The position numbers and the translations under genes are program-made. A stretch of DNA of 64,000 nt from IMG/VR virus record IMGVR_UViG_3300037311_000024, positions 52,350 through 116,349 of that record, one strand, 5' to 3'. Source of the DNA: a virus (taxonomy: Duplodnaviria; Heunggongvirae; Uroviricota; Caudoviricetes). The notes under the pieces were generated by a model. That model ran no database searches and was not told the origin of the DNA. It saw only the letters and a program-made list of their open reading frames with translations. Positions 18,741 to 27,872 of the stretch are shown here, piece by piece (within the stretch, counting starts at the first letter, position 1; each line of letters opens with the position of its first letter).

Positions 18741-19377
18741 GGGCGTAGGAGATCTAGATGGAAAGCTAGCGGAGGAGATCATCTCTTACGTCGCCCGTGT
18801 TTCTAACCCGTCAAACCAAGACAACTTCACGACCGCACCAAAGCTGCTAGCCTACCTCATCAAGAACTTTCACTGGAGCCCGTTTGAACACGCGTTCATG
18901 ACCTTAGAGATCGAAACTTCTCGAGGCATCGCAGCTCAGATCCTACGACACCGATCTTTCACCTTTCAAGAGTTCAGTCAACGATACGCTAAGGCGACCG
19001 ACATCATCGTGTATCCGGCGCGTCGTCAAGACGACAAGAACCGGCAAAACTCGATCGACGATCTTCATACCGAGGTTAAGAATTGGTTTGAGGTAGCTCA
19101 GCACGAAGTCGCTGATTTTGCTATGAAGAAGTACGAAGAAGCGTTAGAGCTGGGAATCGCTAAGGAACAGGCACGGTTCTTGCTACCGCTTTCTACTAAG
19201 ACTAAGTTGTATATGACCGGCCCTATTCGCAGCTGGATTCATTACATCGAGCTTAGAAGCGCTAACGGAACACAGCTAGAGCACAGAGAGATTGCACTAG
19301 CAGCCAAGAAACTGTTCTGCGATCAGTTTCCCTCTACCGCAAAGGCATTAGGATGGCTCGAAGATCAGTCACAGTAA
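18715..19377 (+). CDS. thyX: flavin-dependent thymidylate synthase ThyX
   Basis: RHRSFTFQEFSQRY = ThyX RHR...SxRY signature; start moved to ATG 18715. Confidence 0.8.
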   Translation: MVKLVALTKGVGDLDGKLAEEIISYVARVSNPSNQDNFTTAPKLLAYLIKNFHWSPFEHAFMTLEIETSRGIAAQILRHRSFTFQEFSQRYAKATDIIVYPARRQDDKNRQNSIDDLHTEVKNWFEVAQHEVADFAMKKYEEALELGIAKEQARFLLPLSTKTKLYMTGPIRSWIHYIELRSANGTQLEHREIALAAKKLFCDQFPSTAKALGWLEDQSQ

Positions 19378-19553
19378 AACTCGACGATAACGGAGCTTTC
19401 CCTTTGAAAGCTTTGAAGCCGCTGATAGACGTGTCAAAAGTGACGCACTATGACCTAGAGGTCACGCCTTCGGGCGTCGTGTTGCGTTTATACGATTCTA
19501 AGGGAAAACTGGTAAAGCCAAAGAAAGTTGTTGACCGTAAGACTAAGGCTTGA
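19353..19553 (+). CDS. AbrB/MazE-like small DNA-binding protein (putative)
   Basis: VTVKLDDNGAFPLKALKPLIDV...YDLEV..GVVLR resembles swapped-hairpin domain; just upstream of recombinase. Confidence 0.35.
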   Translation: MARRSVTVKLDDNGAFPLKALKPLIDVSKVTHYDLEVTPSGVVLRLYDSKGKLVKPKKVVDRKTKA

Positions 19554-19565
19554 TAACCTACGAGT

Positions 19566-20468
19566 ATGGAACTTGTAGCTCAAACCAAGCTTAGCCACGT
19601 AGCCGACTTCTTGAAGAACTTCACCTCACCGCACACCCGACGTGCGTACGAGAAGGATCTTCAGTCTTACGCTCAGTTCTCCGTAGGAATGGACCCCTTC
19701 TCGCTGGCTACCATGATCTCCTACCGAGAACATCTAACCACTCACTATGCGAGCGCAACTTCTGTTCGCAAGCTAGCTTCGCTTCGAAGTTTCATGAGCT
19801 TCATCGCCGAGCGGGGGGTGATCACTGCCGACGTGTCCAAGCATCTGAGACTTCCTAAGGTTAAGACGGAAACCCACACCCAAGCCTTTACGGACGAAGA
19901 AGCTGTCCAGATGATGAGCGCCCCGGACTTATCGGACTTCTACGGAAGCACTCACCGTTTTGTACTGTTCTGCTTGTTCAACCTAGGCCTTCGTAGGTCT
20001 GAGCTGGTAAGCTTGAAGCTGTCTGACTTCGTAGTCAACAAGAACGCCTCGTACGTGCAGATCACGGGAAAAGGCGACAAACAAAGGATCTTAGCGTTAT
20101 CAGAAGCCATGGTTAGTGAGCTGGAGAGATACCTCTCTTCCTATCAGAAGTTCACAGCTAAGACGCTTCAACCTTCCGACTTCGTAGTTCAGTCGTCTCC
20201 TGACCAGGTCAACGAGATGAGCATGAATCCCGCCACCATCTACAAGATCGTCGACAGGTACTCTAAGCAGCTTGGGATCGACAGAAAAGTATCCCCTCAC
20301 TCCTGCCGAGCGACCGTGATATCACAGCTTCTTGAGAAGTCCGTGTCCCCTAGAGATGTAGCTAAGATGGCAGGACACGCTAGCATCTCTACGACCGTAG
20401 ACATCTACGACAAGCACAGAGACGCTATCAAAAACTCTGCTGCTCTAAAGGTGAGTTATGCAGGTTAA
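19566..20468 (+). CDS. tyrosine site-specific recombinase (Xer/integrase family)
   Basis: LRRSEL (Arg), HSCRAT (His-x-x-Arg), GHASISTTVDIY (His...Tyr) catalytic residues; N-terminal core-binding domain. Confidence 0.85.
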   Translation: MELVAQTKLSHVADFLKNFTSPHTRRAYEKDLQSYAQFSVGMDPFSLATMISYREHLTTHYASATSVRKLASLRSFMSFIAERGVITADVSKHLRLPKVKTETHTQAFTDEEAVQMMSAPDLSDFYGSTHRFVLFCLFNLGLRRSELVSLKLSDFVVNKNASYVQITGKGDKQRILALSEAMVSELERYLSSYQKFTAKTLQPSDFVVQSSPDQVNEMSMNPATIYKIVDRYSKQLGIDRKVSPHSCRATVISQLLEKSVSPRDVAKMAGHASISTTVDIYDKHRDAIKNSAALKVSYAG

Positions 20469-20561
20469 GACTTTACTGAAGATCACAGCTTTAGTGTTCG
20501 TTCCAGGAGCTATACCCGCTTACCTTGCTCTTAAGCTCTACAAGTACGTGAAAAGGAGATC

Positions 20562-21062
20562 GTGATGTTTGTGCCTATTGGACTTCTGATTCAAGACCAA
20601 GAGAAGATCTTACGAAGCTCGTACGATATGATCGAAGCGCTCGATCGATGGGTTCTTCCAAGGTACCCGAAGTACACTACCATGAACCCGGCTTACACAC
20701 GACAAGAATGTATGGGGGTTCTCAGATCCTTCTACGCGGCAGGTAAGATTCACCTGGCCGTAACCCCAAAAGAGGTAGTAGACGCAGTTGAAGCTTTCAT
20801 GGAGGACAGGTTGTGGGTTTCTAAGACTTCGCTAGACCAGCTCGGAACCCTCGGCTCACACTCTCCCTACACGTGGCTTCGTCAGCCTAACCTACTGAGC
20901 TGCGTTTCAGCTGTGTTTAAAACGCTTTACAACGCGACGACCACTTTACTGGGGATACCGGTGGTGGCCTTGAACATAATCGTTTACGCGTTTGTACCCA
21001 GGCCCAAGCTCAAGGTTCCAAAACACGAAAAAAGCTCTGGAGATTCTAAACAAAACTCTTGA
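20562..21062 (+). CDS. hypothetical protein
   Basis: 166-aa ORF (GTG/ATG start). Confidence 0.45.
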   Translation: MMFVPIGLLIQDQEKILRSSYDMIEALDRWVLPRYPKYTTMNPAYTRQECMGVLRSFYAAGKIHLAVTPKEVVDAVEAFMEDRLWVSKTSLDQLGTLGSHSPYTWLRQPNLLSCVSAVFKTLYNATTTLLGIPVVALNIIVYAFVPRPKLKVPKHEKSSGDSKQNS

Positions 21063-21105
21063 CCACGACCGTATGGTATGGCATGCTCATTGAAGGAGAA
21101 CAAAG

Positions 21106-21495
21106 ATGAAACTCACGACCCGAGGAAGATACGCAGTTCAGGCCATAATTGACCTGATCAACAACGGAAACGGGAGACCCGTAAAGCTTCAAGACATCTC
21201 TGATCGTCAGAAGCTGTCGATCTCATACCTTGAACAACTGTTTCGACAGTTGCGAATCGGAGGTATCGTTAAGTCTGTTCGCGGCCCAGGTGGCGGATAC
21301 GTACTTAACAAAGATCCGGGACAAGTCTCTATCGAAGAGATCTTGAAAGCTGTGAAGGAGTTGACGACGTACTCTGACGTCATCAAGCTTTCTGCAGAAG
21401 CTACAAAAGAAGAGACGCTAGCTCACCAGGTCATCACTCGAACTGACGAAGCTTGTCAGTCTGTTCTCAAGCAAACACTAGCGAGCCTCCTGTGA
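21106..21495 (+). CDS. Rrf2-family transcriptional regulator
   Basis: MKLTTRGRYAVQAIIDL...SYLEQLFRQLRIGGIVKSVRGPGGGYVL canonical Rrf2 HTH; lacks the 3-Cys cluster. Confidence 0.8.
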   Translation: MKLTTRGRYAVQAIIDLINNGNGRPVKLQDISDRQKLSISYLEQLFRQLRIGGIVKSVRGPGGGYVLNKDPGQVSIEEILKAVKELTTYSDVIKLSAEATKEETLAHQVITRTDEACQSVLKQTLASLL

Positions 21496-21497
21496 TC

Positions 21498-21755
21498 ATG
21501 GTCGAGTTTAAGTACAAAGTTCAGTTCAAGAACCTTGAAGACGTTTACCTAACGTCTAGGTTTACTAGTCCAAAAGCTGCGTTAGCGTACGTGAATCGTC
21601 TTAAGGAAGAAGGCAACTCTCCTGTGTACATCTTCCGACTGAACAAGGAGAAGGAGTCTCCAACTACTTTTGAGTTTTTAAAGAAGGAGGCATCCGAATG
21701 CCGTACATCAGGAAAGAAAAGCGTGAAAAGTTCTCGAAAGTCATCGAAGCGCTGA
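21498..21755 (+). CDS. hypothetical protein
   Basis: ATG at 21498 immediately after Rrf2 stop. Confidence 0.4.
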   Translation: MVEFKYKVQFKNLEDVYLTSRFTSPKAALAYVNRLKEEGNSPVYIFRLNKEKESPTTFEFLKKEASECRTSGKKSVKSSRKSSKR

Positions 21756-21952
21756 GAAACGCGCAACCCGAAAACGCAGCGGAGCTGAACTACCTGTTTA
21801 GCATGATCGCTGCTGGCTACACTAAAGCCGACTTTACGTATCAACGCATCAACGACGTGATCGGAGCTTTGGAAGGCTGTAAGCAAGAGATCTACCGTCG
21901 TCAGGCAGCACCATACGAGGATAAGTCTATAGTCAACAACGGTGACCTATGA
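21698..21952 (+). CDS. hypothetical protein
   Basis: 84 aa; ATGA overlap with next gene. Confidence 0.4.
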   Translation: MPYIRKEKREKFSKVIEALRNAQPENAAELNYLFSMIAAGYTKADFTYQRINDVIGALEGCKQEIYRRQAAPYEDKSIVNNGDL

Positions 21953-22428
21953 GATGGCTGCTGCTGCTTGTACTGTTCGTCAGCCCAGCTTTTGGTGACA
22001 CTGTCATCAAGTACGGCGCTAACGTACCTAACAAAGAAGAGAACATAGGTTCCACTAAGTCTCTGTTCGTAGCAGATCAAGACATCTTGTTTGGACCTTT
22101 CGTGCGTCAGTACGAGTTTGGAGGCTGGATCGACAACAGCGGAATTGAAGGTCGTAGCAGCTCCGTGATGGCAAGTGCGTCTTTAGGAGTTCACGTCAAC
22201 GCAAAGTATGCGTTCGCTCAAGCCCTCGTAGGGCCTTCGATCATCAGCGACACCGATTCAAACTTAGGTGGCCACTTTCAGTTTAACAACGATTTTGCTA
22301 TAGGTTTGCGAGATCCAGAGACCAAAGCAACTATAGGTTTGTCGTACAAGCACCTGTCTAGCGCAGGAATCTATAAACCCAATAAAGGCCGAGACTTCAT
22401 AATGTTTCGGGTATCAATACCATGGTAA
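21949..22428 (+). CDS. outer-membrane PagL-like lipid A 3-O-deacylase (putative)
   Basis: Signal peptide MRWLLLLVLFVSPAFG; beta-rich; C-terminal aromatic; H-x-S-x11-D (KHLSS...RD) spacing identical to PagL His-Ser-Glu triad. Confidence 0.45.
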   Translation: MRWLLLLVLFVSPAFGDTVIKYGANVPNKEENIGSTKSLFVADQDILFGPFVRQYEFGGWIDNSGIEGRSSSVMASASLGVHVNAKYAFAQALVGPSIISDTDSNLGGHFQFNNDFAIGLRDPETKATIGLSYKHLSSAGIYKPNKGRDFIMFRVSIPW

Positions 22429-22439
22429 GAAGTTTTTTG

Positions 22440-22601
22440 ATGTTCATAAGCGGTGTATTAGCTGGAGCGTTGCTCACAGCGATCGTGTACCTTAACGGAT
22501 GGAACAAAGGATTCGACGTAGGCTACGGCGCAGCGATGTCTGACGCCTTTTTGAATCTTAAGACTCCAGAACAGTACTTCAAAGAGATGATCGGACGATG
22601 A
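22440..22601 (+). CDS. small membrane protein
   Basis: 53 aa, one TM; ATGA overlap with next ORF; not in ORF track. Confidence 0.3.
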   Translation: MFISGVLAGALLTAIVYLNGWNKGFDVGYGAAMSDAFLNLKTPEQYFKEMIGR

Positions 22602-22852
22602 TCCAGTACGTGATCCAGGAGATGATAGAAACATACCAGCAAGACAGTGGAAAGAATCCCGCTGGACTTGCGCTCGGTCCTAGAGAGTATCGAGAGCTGT
22701 GTTACTACTGCAACTCCAGCATGAAGTTTCAGCAAGAGAACCCCACCGGGATGGTGACACACTTCATGGGATATCCCGTGTATCTTAAAGAACTACCCGG
22801 AGTAGATCTGATCCTCGGATATCAGGAGGCCTTTAATGCGTCCTACCGTTAA
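22598..22852 (+). CDS. hypothetical protein
   Basis: 84-aa ORF. Confidence 0.4.
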   Translation: MIQYVIQEMIETYQQDSGKNPAGLALGPREYRELCYYCNSSMKFQQENPTGMVTHFMGYPVYLKELPGVDLILGYQEAFNASYR

Positions 22853-23312
22853 GTACCCAGACGACATCTTGAAGCAGCCATGCTTTGAGGTTATCACCTT
22901 TGACGAGAAGCTTCACGCGATCTTAGATGAGATGGCAGAACTTATGAAGGCCGAGAAGGGTTTAGGATTAGCCGCAAACCAAGCCGGTTATCGTGTACGA
23001 GCTTTTGTGATGGTCGACCAGAAAGGCAAAGTATGGGAGTTTGTCAATCCAGAGATCACAGAAAAAGAAGGATTCATACAGATCAACGAAGGGTGCTTGA
23101 GCGCTCCAGGAGTGTTCGTACAGGTACCTCGTGCCCAGACGGTGACCATTAAGGCTCAAGATCGAAGTGGACAGGAGTTTACGGTCGTATGCCAAGACGT
23201 AGAAGCTGTCTGCGCTCAGCACGAGATAGATCATCTTGACGGGATATTCTACTTAGAGAAGACCTCTAGAAACCAAAGACGCTTGGCGATGAAGCAGTTA
23301 GGGCTCAAGTAG
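22836..23312 (+). CDS. def: peptide deformylase
   Basis: GLGLAANQ, EGCLSAPG, HEIDHLDG: the three PDF motifs. Confidence 0.9.
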   Translation: MRPTVKYPDDILKQPCFEVITFDEKLHAILDEMAELMKAEKGLGLAANQAGYRVRAFVMVDQKGKVWEFVNPEITEKEGFIQINEGCLSAPGVFVQVPRAQTVTIKAQDRSGQEFTVVCQDVEAVCAQHEIDHLDGIFYLEKTSRNQRRLAMKQLGLK

Positions 23313-23960
23313 CTTCAAGCCTTCAAGCACGTCTTTAAGTTCTATCGCGCTTAGCGTATCGCTGTTAGTACTGTTGATCAGTCCCACGTACTCGCCTTTT
23401 GAGTTGATCATCGCGCTTCCAGAGCATCCCGGTTTTCCGGGCATCGTAGTGTCTTGAAGCTTAAACGTAGCCATACAGCCCATCTTCTTCTTTTGATTCG
23501 GCTTCTTTATCCAAGGACTCGGACATTCATGATCCAAGCCGTAGTCGAGTTCAACCTCCATCACCTCTTCAAGATGACCCGAAGTCAAAACAAGCTTCGT
23601 AGCTCCTTGTGGGTACCCAGCTGAGTAGACAGCGTTCCCGTACTTACCAGGCTTGCCGATCTTAAACCCACCATGCGAGGTCCCCGACATGACGCAGAGA
23701 TCGTACTGAGGAAGGTTTAGTAAGACCTTAACCTTAACAGACTCCCCGTAGAACTCGTTCTTGGCGTAGGTAGACCCAGACGGAAAGTTTCTGCAAACGT
23801 GATAGTTGGAGATCAGATAGGTCTTACCATTGTATACGACTGCTGAGGCGGTTCCAGACGGTACCTTGTAGGTGTAGCTCTTTAGGAGTTTGTTAACGGG
23901 AGCCCCGCCTACGGTGTTCAGTGAGAATGTGGATGCGGCTATGAGTAGAAACATCTTCAT
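23298..23960 (-). CDS. secreted trypsin-like (S1) serine protease
   Basis: Signal peptide; His (ISNYHVC), Asp (YDLCVM), Ser (GKPGCSGSAMI) triad order. Confidence 0.6.
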   Translation of the reverse strand: MKMFLLIAASTFSLNTVGGAPVNKLLKSYTYKVPSGTASAVVYNGKTYLISNYHVCRNFPSGSTYAKNEFYGESVKVKVLLNLPQYDLCVMSGTSHGGFKIGKPGKYGNAVYSAGYPQGATKLVLTSGHLEEVMEVELDYGLDHECPSPWIKKPNQKKKMGCMATFKLQDTTMPGKPGCSGSAMINSKGEYVGLINSTNSDTLSAIELKDVLEGLKLLEP

Positions 23961-24039
23961 ATCTTCATAGTAGCTAAGTAGACGTTTAAGGTCAAGAAAG
24001 TTCTTGACCCAAAACCCTAAAAGCGATAGGGTTGTTTAT

Positions 24040-24351
24040 ATGAGCTATAACGGAACTCTGCACATTCACTATCCAGATGGAACTAAAGGACCCCCACCAC
24101 CAGTAGACGGCTACACCTTCGTAACGAGGGTCGGAGACCGGTGGACCTGGGACGCACAACTCTACAAGTGGGTTCGCGGATACGGCGGAGATCACACCAC
24201 ACACAAGCCGGGGGATTGCGCCGACTTCAGCAAGGTAGTCTTGGACAACTTAGAAAACCTGTCTCTACCCGTATGCGAGTGCGGGAAAGAGAAACACAAC
24301 TTCGCATCACACGCTACGTGGTGTCAACTTTGGCCTACGGAGGGTCGGTAA
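24040..24351 (+). CDS. hypothetical protein
   Basis: ATG 24040; listed TTG start at 24004 coincides with a TTGACC -35-like hexamer. Confidence 0.4.
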   Translation: MSYNGTLHIHYPDGTKGPPPPVDGYTFVTRVGDRWTWDAQLYKWVRGYGGDHTTHKPGDCADFSKVVLDNLENLSLPVCECGKEKHNFASHATWCQLWPTEGR

Positions 24352-24410
24352 CATGGGAGTCTGTCAAGCCTCGATGATCCTGCTGAAAGCCTATAACAAG
24401 GAGATAGAAG

Positions 24411-24647
24411 ATGCTCAAAGAAAAGATCAAGAAAGTGATGCTAGAGCATCTCAAGTCGAAGGGCTACCCGAACATGACTCCGGAGCAGATCATGAGGGAG
24501 CTGAAGCCGATGTGGGTGAAGCTTGAAGAGCTTAACTTGATCCAACCGGGATGGAACTTTACGCAGTTCTGCATGATAGCTCAAGAAGTTCATCTCAGAA
24601 TCCAGCTTGAGGAAGAGCTGGCAGAACTTATAGGAAAACGTCTATGA
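24411..24647 (+). CDS. hypothetical protein
   Basis: 78-aa ORF with GGAGA RBS. Confidence 0.45.
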   Translation: MLKEKIKKVMLEHLKSKGYPNMTPEQIMRELKPMWVKLEELNLIQPGWNFTQFCMIAQEVHLRIQLEEELAELIGKRL

Positions 24648-24856
24648 CCTACGATGAAGCTAAGAAAGCTCAGATAGAAGAGTTTTACAAGGGACGCTAC
24701 TACGTCCTGCGCGAAACATCTCCAGGAGAGTTTACGCTGGTCATGACCGTTCAGCGAAAGGTTGCTGAAGAGAGCATGATCAAGGACGCCATCGCGGTTG
24801 TTAAGAGAATCCCCACCAGGCTTCGTGTCATAAAAGGTGATACCGATGGTAATTGA
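24644..24856 (+). CDS. hypothetical protein
   Basis: 70 aa; ATGA overlap. Confidence 0.4.
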   Translation: MTYDEAKKAQIEEFYKGRYYVLRETSPGEFTLVMTVQRKVAEESMIKDAIAVVKRIPTRLRVIKGDTDGN

Positions 24857-25175
24857 GATGCTCATAGCAATGTCATGTCAGGATGCTACGCTGTATCGAG
24901 AAGCGTGCCTTAAAGGCTTAGAAGCGGGAGCTAAGCAGTCTGGTGTACATCAGACCGTACAGACCGTGGAAGACATGTCTACCAAAGCCGTAGAGAAGAC
25001 CGTAGTCGACGCGGTAGGCAAAGACGTAGTGGCTGTGCCAGCCCTAGCCGCAAAAGTCTATAGAGATCGAGCGATCAACTACGGGTTCAAACCAAAACTA
25101 CTCAGCATAGACAGGCTCGATACTAGGATAAACTTTGACGGAAGCGCTAGCATGAATCTTAGATGGGATTTTTAG
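24837..25175 (+). CDS. hypothetical protein
   Basis: 112-aa ORF. Confidence 0.4.
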   Translation: MIPMVIEMLIAMSCQDATLYREACLKGLEAGAKQSGVHQTVQTVEDMSTKAVEKTVVDAVGKDVVAVPALAAKVYRDRAINYGFKPKLLSIDRLDTRINFDGSASMNLRWDF

Positions 25176-26002
25176 GAGGAAGAATGAGCCAGATTATCGA
25201 TGATTTTAAGAAGTACAGAGACCAGTTTGGACTTAACGGTTTGTACACCGACGGAACGAACGGACAGACAACGCAGAACGGTGCGCTGTTCACGATGGAG
25301 TATCTTCTGTGTCTTCTAGCCTACATCGACCATCCTGTACACAGGCCCGCTATCGAAGCTGAGATCGAGCGATTGAAAGAAGTTTACAAGTCCTTAGAGG
25401 TTAGGCCAGGTGTAACCTGTAGGTTTCCTGGATCAACCGAGTTCGACTCGATGGACAACGGCGGCTCCTATCACGTGTTTTCCTACCTTTTTGGCAACAA
25501 AGAGCTGGCTAAGAGAAAGTACGAACATGGAAAGAACACCAGGGCTGAATTCTTGGACACCAAGCAAGATCCTAAGCGTGCGTTTAAGTTTTATCCGATC
25601 GCTTGGATCGTATCTGGGTTCAAGCCCCCAAGGTTCTTCTGGAACATCGAAGAGCCTACTTACTTCTGCTTACCAGGATGGCACGGGAGATCTCCGGGAC
25701 ACATGGCGCTCATGCGTCTGTGCGCGGGAGAGAAGGTCGGATTCTTCGGTCACGCGGCTATCTGGGTTGGTCAGTTCTTGGGATGCTTCAAACCTGTAGG
25801 AGACACCGATGCTCGCAAACTTCCGTACGTGGAGTGGCAGCTGCTTAAGAACTTGAACTGGTTCTGGAAGTTGTCTTATAAGTTTTGGGTCTACATCTTG
25901 CGAAAGCAGTATGGGGACGAGGGCATGAGAGCCGTCTACAAGATCTACTACGGCGATCCTAATCACCCTATTCATAAATACGCACCGCCATATCTGAGAT
26001 GA
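25163..26002 (+). CDS. hypothetical protein
   Basis: 279 aa, Trp/Tyr/His-rich. Confidence 0.45.
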   Translation: MGFLGGRMSQIIDDFKKYRDQFGLNGLYTDGTNGQTTQNGALFTMEYLLCLLAYIDHPVHRPAIEAEIERLKEVYKSLEVRPGVTCRFPGSTEFDSMDNGGSYHVFSYLFGNKELAKRKYEHGKNTRAEFLDTKQDPKRAFKFYPIAWIVSGFKPPRFFWNIEEPTYFCLPGWHGRSPGHMALMRLCAGEKVGFFGHAAIWVGQFLGCFKPVGDTDARKLPYVEWQLLKNLNWFWKLSYKFWVYILRKQYGDEGMRAVYKIYYGDPNHPIHKYAPPYLR

Positions 26003-26205
26003 ACTGGAACAAGAAGGCCTTCAGAAAAGCTGTCTGGGCTTCTTTGGCGCGAGTTATCGGTATCTTTCTTGCAGCTGGAGCTGGTTCCATCATCAAGGAG
26101 ATCTTCGGTAGCGGAGGTTTCGCTTGGGGTTTTGCGGTTCTTATGGCACTGACAGCTTGGGCTCTCATCGTCTACGCCGAGTACGAGAGAGAAAAAGAAG
26201 ATTAA
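25999..26205 (+). CDS. small membrane protein
   Basis: 68 aa with two hydrophobic helices. Confidence 0.4.
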   Translation: MNWNKKAFRKAVWASLARVIGIFLAAGAGSIIKEIFGSGGFAWGFAVLMALTAWALIVYAEYEREKED

Positions 26206-26207
26206 GC

Positions 26208-26236
26208 TTGACCGTGCCGGTATGAATTGATATCGT
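26208..26236 (+). promoter_or_regulatory. sigma70-like promoter (TTGACC-17-TATCGT) followed by 8-bp hairpin
   Basis: Same TTGACC-17-xATxxT architecture as the 12103 and 30694 promoters; CGTCTTAC...GTAAGACG hairpin immediately after. Confidence 0.4.
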
Positions 26237-26381
26237 CTTACTAAGCTGTTGGACTTCGTAAGACGTTCGACGTAGGTTGGCGCATCGATCCGGAACGTAA
26301 TGACGGACTGAAACCGAACTACGAAGATATGGTCGACGGACCGAAGAGGAAACCTCCAACAGCATCTAAAAGGAGAACCTG

Positions 26382-27320
26382 ATGCAGGACATCGCTACGT
26401 TTCTTAAGATCGGCCACGAGTATCAACCCATCCCAAAAGCGGAAACGATTGATAGGCTTCCGTCAGGAATCTACAACGTAAAGTTTGATCCTCGAAACGA
26501 GATGGTCGCGTTTGCAGAGTCTAAGACTACTCACGACGATCTCGTAGATCTTCCAGGAACTGCGTACGATGAGGTTCTCTCCGAGCTTGAGTACTTCTTG
26601 ACCGACGAGTGTTTTAGTCGTCATAAAAAAGTAGGATTACTTCACAAGATGAACATCTTACTGTTCGGCCCCCCCGGCACCGGCAAGACCTGCATCGTGA
26701 ACCGAGTAGCTCACCGGACCATCCAAGAAGGCGGCTTAGTGCTGTTTAATCCTCCTCCTCAAAGCCTTCGTGAGGTTTTTCGCATCCTTGATAAGTTTCA
26801 ACCCGACACCCGTGTTCTTGTGATCTTCGAAGAGCTTGATCAGCAGATCAACAGTTACGGAGAAGACCCGTTTCTTCACATCCTAGATGGCGAAGTTCAG
26901 AAGGCTAACGCCATGTTCATTGCTACCACGAACTACATCAACAAGATCCCTGCGCGAATTCGAAGACCTGGTAGGTTTGCTGTTCGCGTTGAGGTTGGAT
27001 ATCCTTCGTTCGAAGCCCGCAAGTTCTACTGCATGCGTAAGCTTGAGGACGAAAGTCTCTCTACCGCAATCGCAAGCTTGACGGAGAACTTCAGCATCGA
27101 CCAGCTTAAAGAGGTCATCCGCTCCCACTACTGCATGAAGAAGCCTCTGGACAGGGTAGTTTCAAGTCTTCGATCTGAGTTTCAGATTCCAGAAGCTTTA
27201 GGGCAGTCGCAGTCGTACGACAACGACGATGAAGATGACGAGGAGTGGGACACTGAGGATGACATCGGGTATCAACTCAGCATAGGACAACCTGAGAAAC
27301 CTAAGAAGGCTAACCGATGA
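26382..27320 (+). CDS. AAA+ ATPase
   Basis: Walker A GPPGTGKT, Walker B VIFEELD, sensor/Arg finger RRPGRF; acidic C-terminal tail. Confidence 0.8.
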   Translation: MQDIATFLKIGHEYQPIPKAETIDRLPSGIYNVKFDPRNEMVAFAESKTTHDDLVDLPGTAYDEVLSELEYFLTDECFSRHKKVGLLHKMNILLFGPPGTGKTCIVNRVAHRTIQEGGLVLFNPPPQSLREVFRILDKFQPDTRVLVIFEELDQQINSYGEDPFLHILDGEVQKANAMFIATTNYINKIPARIRRPGRFAVRVEVGYPSFEARKFYCMRKLEDESLSTAIASLTENFSIDQLKEVIRSHYCMKKPLDRVVSSLRSEFQIPEALGQSQSYDNDDEDDEEWDTEDDIGYQLSIGQPEKPKKANR

Positions 27321-27580
27321 ACAAGGTTGGGCTCTTCATAACTACGATGATCCACGAGATCACCCAGGCGCGGTACTCTGTCAGCTTTAACAGAGACTTC
27401 AGAGGCATGGTCCGTATCGACTTCAAGAACGATCACGACCCTGAATTCTACGATCACGACCACTGTGGAGTTCCCGGAGGAAGTCGAGAGAAGCTTGAGA
27501 AGGACATCATTCAGGCTCTAAACCGGTTCAAAACTAAGTACCTTATCCAAGAAGAAGGAGATACAGATGGTCAAGCTTAA
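27317..27580 (+). CDS. hypothetical protein
   Basis: 87 aa; ATGA overlap. Confidence 0.4.
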   Translation: MNKVGLFITTMIHEITQARYSVSFNRDFRGMVRIDFKNDHDPEFYDHDHCGVPGGSREKLEKDIIQALNRFKTKYLIQEEGDTDGQA

Positions 27581-27872
27581 AGGTTACATCCTGTGCTACA
27601 CCGAGGACTGCACGCCTCGTTACCGACTGTTTAAGAGCAAAACTAAACTTAAGCTGTTCGTCGCGGACTTGGTTCTGCGACTAGGCACTAACAACCAAGA
27701 CTTCTGGATCGACGCCATCGTGAATGGATCTATGATGGTTACCGAGGAAGGCGTAAGGATAGAATATGATGACGAGGATGCTAATCTTAGCTCAGAATCC
27801 GAAGACGGAGATGAACCTAGGCAAAGCCTTAGCAAAGACTCGGAGCGGAGCGACGCTTCGAACTTGGCTTAA
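27567..27872 (+). CDS. hypothetical protein (C-terminus overlaps next gene)
   Basis: N-terminal 70 aa complex; acidic low-complexity C-terminus overlaps 27766..28416. Confidence 0.35.
   Translation: MVKLKGYILCYTEDCTPRYRLFKSKTKLKLFVADLVLRLGTNNQDFWIDAIVNGSMMVTEEGVRIEYDDEDANLSSESEDGDEPRQSLSKDSERSDASNLA

Noticed and set aside
24004-24039. TTG start at 24004 for ORF 24004..24351
   Set aside because: The TTG is the first triplet of a TTGACC -35-like hexamer; ATG 24040 downstream is the more plausible start
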